The notes beneath the pieces are model-generated. The model was not told the origin of the DNA. It ran no database searches and was given only the letters and a program-made list of their open reading frames with translations. A stretch of 64,000 bases of DNA from Thermococcus sp. JdFR-02 (GTDB lineage Archaea > Methanobacteriota_B > Thermococci > Thermococcales > Thermococcaceae): the NCBI GenBank assembly GCA_002009975.1, contig MTLP01000012.1, positions 32,001 through 96,000 of the forward strand. Reading direction: 5' to 3'. This document shows, in pieces, positions 60,414-64,000 of this stretch (positions within the stretch are counted from its first letter, which is position 1; each line of letters begins with the position of its first letter). The position numbers and the translations under genes are program-made.

Positions 60414-62105
60414 TTAATTTGTTACAATTTTTATTCCACCGATTTCATAACTGCTCTTACCTTGCCATGCTCCACTTCCTCCCCCATTTATTATCCAATC
60501 GTTCGGGTCAATTATGACCTTTTCAGGCTTATTTTTAAGTTCGAATGTTAAAGTTGCATTCTTATCAACGAATACCCTTTTCAAATAGCTTTTTCCTTGA
60601 GAATCAACAACTTTCACTTCTAATGGCATTTTGAAACCATTTGTTTCCACTATTTGAAGAGTTAAGAAATATTTTCCATCTTTTTGCTCTAAGGTTGCAT
60701 TAGAGACTTCAAAATTGGGATAGCCCGTTTTATAAAACCACTCATCAAAGAACCATTCTAGGCTTTGATTCGAAACTTTCTCAAAAATCTTCTGGATTTG
60801 CTTTAAAGTTGTCATGGTGTCTTGGGCACAATCATTTAGATGACAGTATTCCAGTAGCTCCCTCATTCCTTTGAAGAATGTTTCATTTCCCAAAACAAAC
60901 TGCAAAGAGCGGAAAACAAAAGCATTTTTATAATATAAGGCAATCATATTTTCTCCATTGTTTTCCTTAATTTCTGCAATTGGAGTTCTATCCGTTGAAC
61001 TCAAGCATTTTCTTTCAATATCATCGTATTGAGTTAAATTATTCTCATAAAGCAGGACGGCATAGGTAGCTATTCCCTCATGTATTGGGTAAAGATTGGC
61101 ATAAACACCAAACCAGTTATGTGCTGTCTCATGGGCAATCAACGGAATGTAAAACTGAGTTGCTATTATTCCCCCATCTAGTCCATGCCCCCTGTACTTA
61201 CTCTTTGAGTACTTGATCTGTATATAAAAGTATTCGTCGTTGGGATAAGGCATAAAAACCTTTGAGTAAAAACGTAGGATATCTTTGATATTCTGCAAAA
61301 CCCATTCACCTTCATCTGTGAGAGCAATTATCTTAACGGTTCTGTTTCCAATTTTCATGCTCTCTTCATAGAGGTTCCACTTTCCGAATATTAAATAGAA
61401 ATCGTTTAGGTTTTCTTTTTCAAAGCTTCCATTGTAGAGTAAGGGCTTAAATCTCCAGATCTCTGATTGAAATGGCTGATCCAGTATGATGAGGGTGTAA
61501 TCTTTTGGATAATCGATCCTAACATTAACCCTCTCTTTGTCACTTTGTAAATTATTCCAGATAGTAAAGTATCTTTTTGGAATATAGATATGCAAGGAAT
61601 TTTGACTTAAATGACGGTCTAGATAGCTTTTTGGTTTCTCACGGAAAGGATTGTATCTCACTTTAAAATGAACTTCAACAGTTACAGTTTTGACTTTTGG
61701 GGTTATGTTAAGCAAGATTAGTCTATTTTCTTTGTCTTTAAATCCACTATATGTAGCTGAAGCATTATACACCATAATTTTATCAACCTGCTTAAAATCT
61801 TCAAAAAGGATTGGATATAATGCAGAATGATTCAGGGGGAAAGTGATCCTCTCAGTTCCTACAATTGAGACATGATTGTCGTCTATACTGATATTTAAGA
61901 GATAGTGATAAGAGGCATAGGACGTAAAAAGCTTATTTCCCTGATAAAGTTCATCTAACTTTTCTTTTTCTGTTTTTTGAAAAGTTATCTCTTGAGTAAG
62001 ATTCTCTATTATTAAAACGCTTTTTGGATTTGCTTTGTTCAAAACAAAAGCATAAGAAAAGAGTGTTATAGTGATCATCATGACTAAAAGTATAAACTTT
62101 TTCAT
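60414..62105 (-). CDS. Secreted or membrane-anchored M1-family (gluzincin) metallopeptidase
   Basis: N-terminal hydrophobic segment, HETAHNWFG...EGIATY, YYK.AFVF..L...LG and FFDEWFY..G.P. Confidence 0.85.
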   Translation of the reverse strand: MKKFILLVMMITITLFSYAFVLNKANPKSVLIIENLTQEITFQKTEKEKLDELYQGNKLFTSYASYHYLLNISIDDNHVSIVGTERITFPLNHSALYPILFEDFKQVDKIMVYNASATYSGFKDKENRLILLNITPKVKTVTVEVHFKVRYNPFREKPKSYLDRHLSQNSLHIYIPKRYFTIWNNLQSDKERVNVRIDYPKDYTLIILDQPFQSEIWRFKPLLYNGSFEKENLNDFYLIFGKWNLYEESMKIGNRTVKIIALTDEGEWVLQNIKDILRFYSKVFMPYPNDEYFYIQIKYSKSKYRGHGLDGGIIATQFYIPLIAHETAHNWFGVYANLYPIHEGIATYAVLLYENNLTQYDDIERKCLSSTDRTPIAEIKENNGENMIALYYKNAFVFRSLQFVLGNETFFKGMRELLEYCHLNDCAQDTMTTLKQIQKIFEKVSNQSLEWFFDEWFYKTGYPNFEVSNATLEQKDGKYFLTLQIVETNGFKMPLEVKVVDSQGKSYLKRVFVDKNATLTFELKNKPEKVIIDPNDWIINGGGSGAWQGKSSYEIGGIKIVTN

Positions 62106-62195
62106 GATTACCACCATTGATGGATTTTTATTCACTACATTATCATGTGATAAAATTTTTAAAATTTTCCATTAAAAGAGAAGAAATTCACAAAT

Positions 62196-63098
62196 TTAAA
62201 TTTTAAAGTTTACTGGCTCATCTAAATGCCAAATTCTGCAAAAGGCGCATCTTTCACCTTGAGTTGGCATTCCGCATACCTTGCATTCATTTAGGGGAAT
62301 CTCTTTAAGCTCAACTTCAAATAGGGACTTTTTCCTCAAAAAGCCTTTAATGAAGTTTATCTTTGTTCCAGGGCTTTTTTCTTCCATTTGATTTAAAATC
62401 TGCTTGTAACTTAACGTTGTTGCACCTCTTGAAAATGGGCACTCTTCGATTATGTATTCAATTCCAACGGCTAGAGCATAAGCTACAACTTCCCTCTCCG
62501 TAAGCTCATAGAGGGGTTTAACTTTCTTTACAAATTTGCCTTCACCTGGCAAAATTGGTCCTTGCTTCCCCAGATACTCTGTATTCCAGTGCATAATATT
62601 GCCAAAGATAAACGAAGCTTCATCATCTAAGTTATGTCCTGTTGCAATAGCATCAAAGCCGTTTTCATAGGCAAATTTGTTGAAGATGTAGCGCTTGGTT
62701 ATTCCACAAATTGAGCAGGTTGGTCTAGAGCCTTTTATCTCTCCCACGCCTTTTCCTAAAAGCTCCCTAACCCTAACTATGTGCAAAGGAATGCTCATTT
62801 GCTTGCATTGTTTTCTTGCATATTCTTCGCTCTTTTGGGAGTATTCTCCAATTCCCAGGTTTATGTGTAAGCATTCTACATTATAGCCAAGCTTTTTGAG
62901 AACGTAAGCTGTTACAGCAGAATCTTTTCCACCACTAACAACGACTAAAATTCTCTCATTCGGCTTTAACAGCTTGTATTTTTTAATTGTTCTCTCAACT
63001 TTACGCTCAAAATAAGCGATAAAGTGCTCTTCACAGAGGAGCATCTTTGGATAATGTAAGCGTATATATGCATCTTTCTCACAGAATTTACACCTCAT
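62196..63098 (-). CDS. TtuA/Ncs6-like tRNA thiolation protein (PP-loop)
   Basis: CKFC..C..H, SGGKDS, CSIC, TGHNLDD, ECP and C-terminal Zn finger. Confidence 0.88.
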   Translation of the reverse strand: MRCKFCEKDAYIRLHYPKMLLCEEHFIAYFERKVERTIKKYKLLKPNERILVVVSGGKDSAVTAYVLKKLGYNVECLHINLGIGEYSQKSEEYARKQCKQMSIPLHIVRVRELLGKGVGEIKGSRPTCSICGITKRYIFNKFAYENGFDAIATGHNLDDEASFIFGNIMHWNTEYLGKQGPILPGEGKFVKKVKPLYELTEREVVAYALAVGIEYIIEECPFSRGATTLSYKQILNQMEEKSPGTKINFIKGFLRKKSLFEVELKEIPLNECKVCGMPTQGERCAFCRIWHLDEPVNFKI

Positions 63099-63147
63099 GA
63101 TCTCACCCTAAGGGAAAGAGGAAAAAGAATTTAAAAAGATTATTAAC

Positions 63148-64000
63148 TTAACTCTCAAGTTTTTCTATAGTTTCTTTCCAGTTTCCATGCTTTTTAAATT
63201 CTCTATCTGTATAAAGTCCCTCTTTCTTTAGAATTCCTCTTGCTGCGAGTATTCCCGTTGCTGCTGCATTCACAATATCTCTTGAAAGTCCAGCACCGTC
63301 TCCGGCTGCAAAAATGTTTTCTATGCTTGTTTCTAGGTTCTTATTAACCTCTACTTTCATCGCATAGTACTTAATCTCGGGGGCATAAAGCAATGTATGA
63401 TCACTTGCAACTCCGGGCAATACTTTGTCTAGCTTTTCAAGACCCTCAATTATGTTTGTGACGACTCTATGTGGAAGAGCCATTGCAATATCTCCTGGCG
63501 TGACGTGTCTCAACGTTGGTTCTACATCGCTCTTTCTAATCCTCGACCAAGTGCTTCTCCTTCCTCTTCTTAAATCACCGAGCCTTTGCAACAAAGGCTT
63601 TCCTCCTCCTATTGTTGTTGCCAATTGGGCTATGCTTTTTCCATAAGCAGTTGTATCTTCAACAGGCTCGGTAAGCTCAATTCTTGTTAAGAAGGCAAAG
63701 TTGGTGTTGTTGCTCTTTCTTTCTCTCATTGAGTGTCCGTTTACACCCACATAGCTATCATATTTTTCTTCTACAACGAAACCGTTTGGGTTTGCGCAGA
63801 ATGTCCTAACGAAATCATCATACGTGTCTGTGTAAATGTGGAACTTTGGATCATGATTTATGCTCGTTATTGGTTCCATAACTATTGCTGGAACTTCAAC
63901 CCTAACCCCGACATCGATTGGACCGTGTCTTGCTTTAAGCCCAATTTTTTGAGCAACGTCATGGAACCAATCCGCGCCTCCTCTTCCAGGGGCGACTATT
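63148..64000 (-). CDS. NAD(P)/FAD-dependent oxidoreductase, 5'-truncated by the window edge
   Basis: Frame is open to the window end (APGRGGADW..GVRVE); RTFC.NP.G.V, YAPEIKYY and AAGDGAG.SR. Confidence 0.85.
   Translation of the reverse strand, partial: IVAPGRGGADWFHDVAQKIGLKARHGPIDVGVRVEVPAIVMEPITSINHDPKFHIYTDTYDDFVRTFCANPNGFVVEEKYDSYVGVNGHSMRERKSNNTNFAFLTRIELTEPVEDTTAYGKSIAQLATTIGGGKPLLQRLGDLRRGRRSTWSRIRKSDVEPTLRHVTPGDIAMALPHRVVTNIIEGLEKLDKVLPGVASDHTLLYAPEIKYYAMKVEVNKNLETSIENIFAAGDGAGLSRDIVNAAATGILAARGILKKEGLYTDREFKKHGNWKETIEKLES

Noticed and set aside
62141-62154. Near-palindrome TTATCATGTGATAA upstream of the peptidase read as a TGM
   Set aside because: Half-site spacing does not fit TATCAC-N5-GTGATA; it may be another operator but is unsupported.

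Overview
AT-rich archaeal chromosome segment, Thermococcales-type by gene content: GGTGA ribosome-binding sites (RBS), GAPOR, FBP aldolase/phosphatase, a CGP-CTERM protein and Thermococcales glycolytic motif (TGM) operators. It contains the replication origin, with a perfect 27-bp inverted pair of origin recognition boxes (ORBs) around an AT-rich unwinding element, and the linked genes nucS, radA, cdc6/orc1 and PolD DP1/DP2 (DP2 carries a 480-aa LAGLIDADG intein ending in Gln). Also present are tRNA-Gln(TTG), intron-containing tRNA-Trp(CCA), three free-standing C/D-box sRNAs, glycolysis/gluconeogenesis genes, an Opp/Dpp ABC transporter, pyrC/pyrK, an ODP-MCP sensory pair and alpha-glucan genes. 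The most novel-looking element is an accessory islet at about 3.56-6.66 kb between nnr and the macrodomain gene. It holds a three-gene operon encoding a secreted precursor with a 12-Cys C-terminal peptide (halocin C8-like archaeocin architecture), a 68-aa two-TM protein (candidate immunity) and a membrane-anchored LolA-like protein, flanked by decayed membrane-protein ORFs. Other notable observations are ORB copies inside the DP1 coding sequence and over gene starts, a SPASM protein lacking the radical-SAM motif, and a TGM-controlled secreted protein with three sugar-binding-like repeats. All calls come from motif reading and recall of protein families; no database searches were run. Several CDS starts were moved from the ORF track to the codon following a visible RBS.
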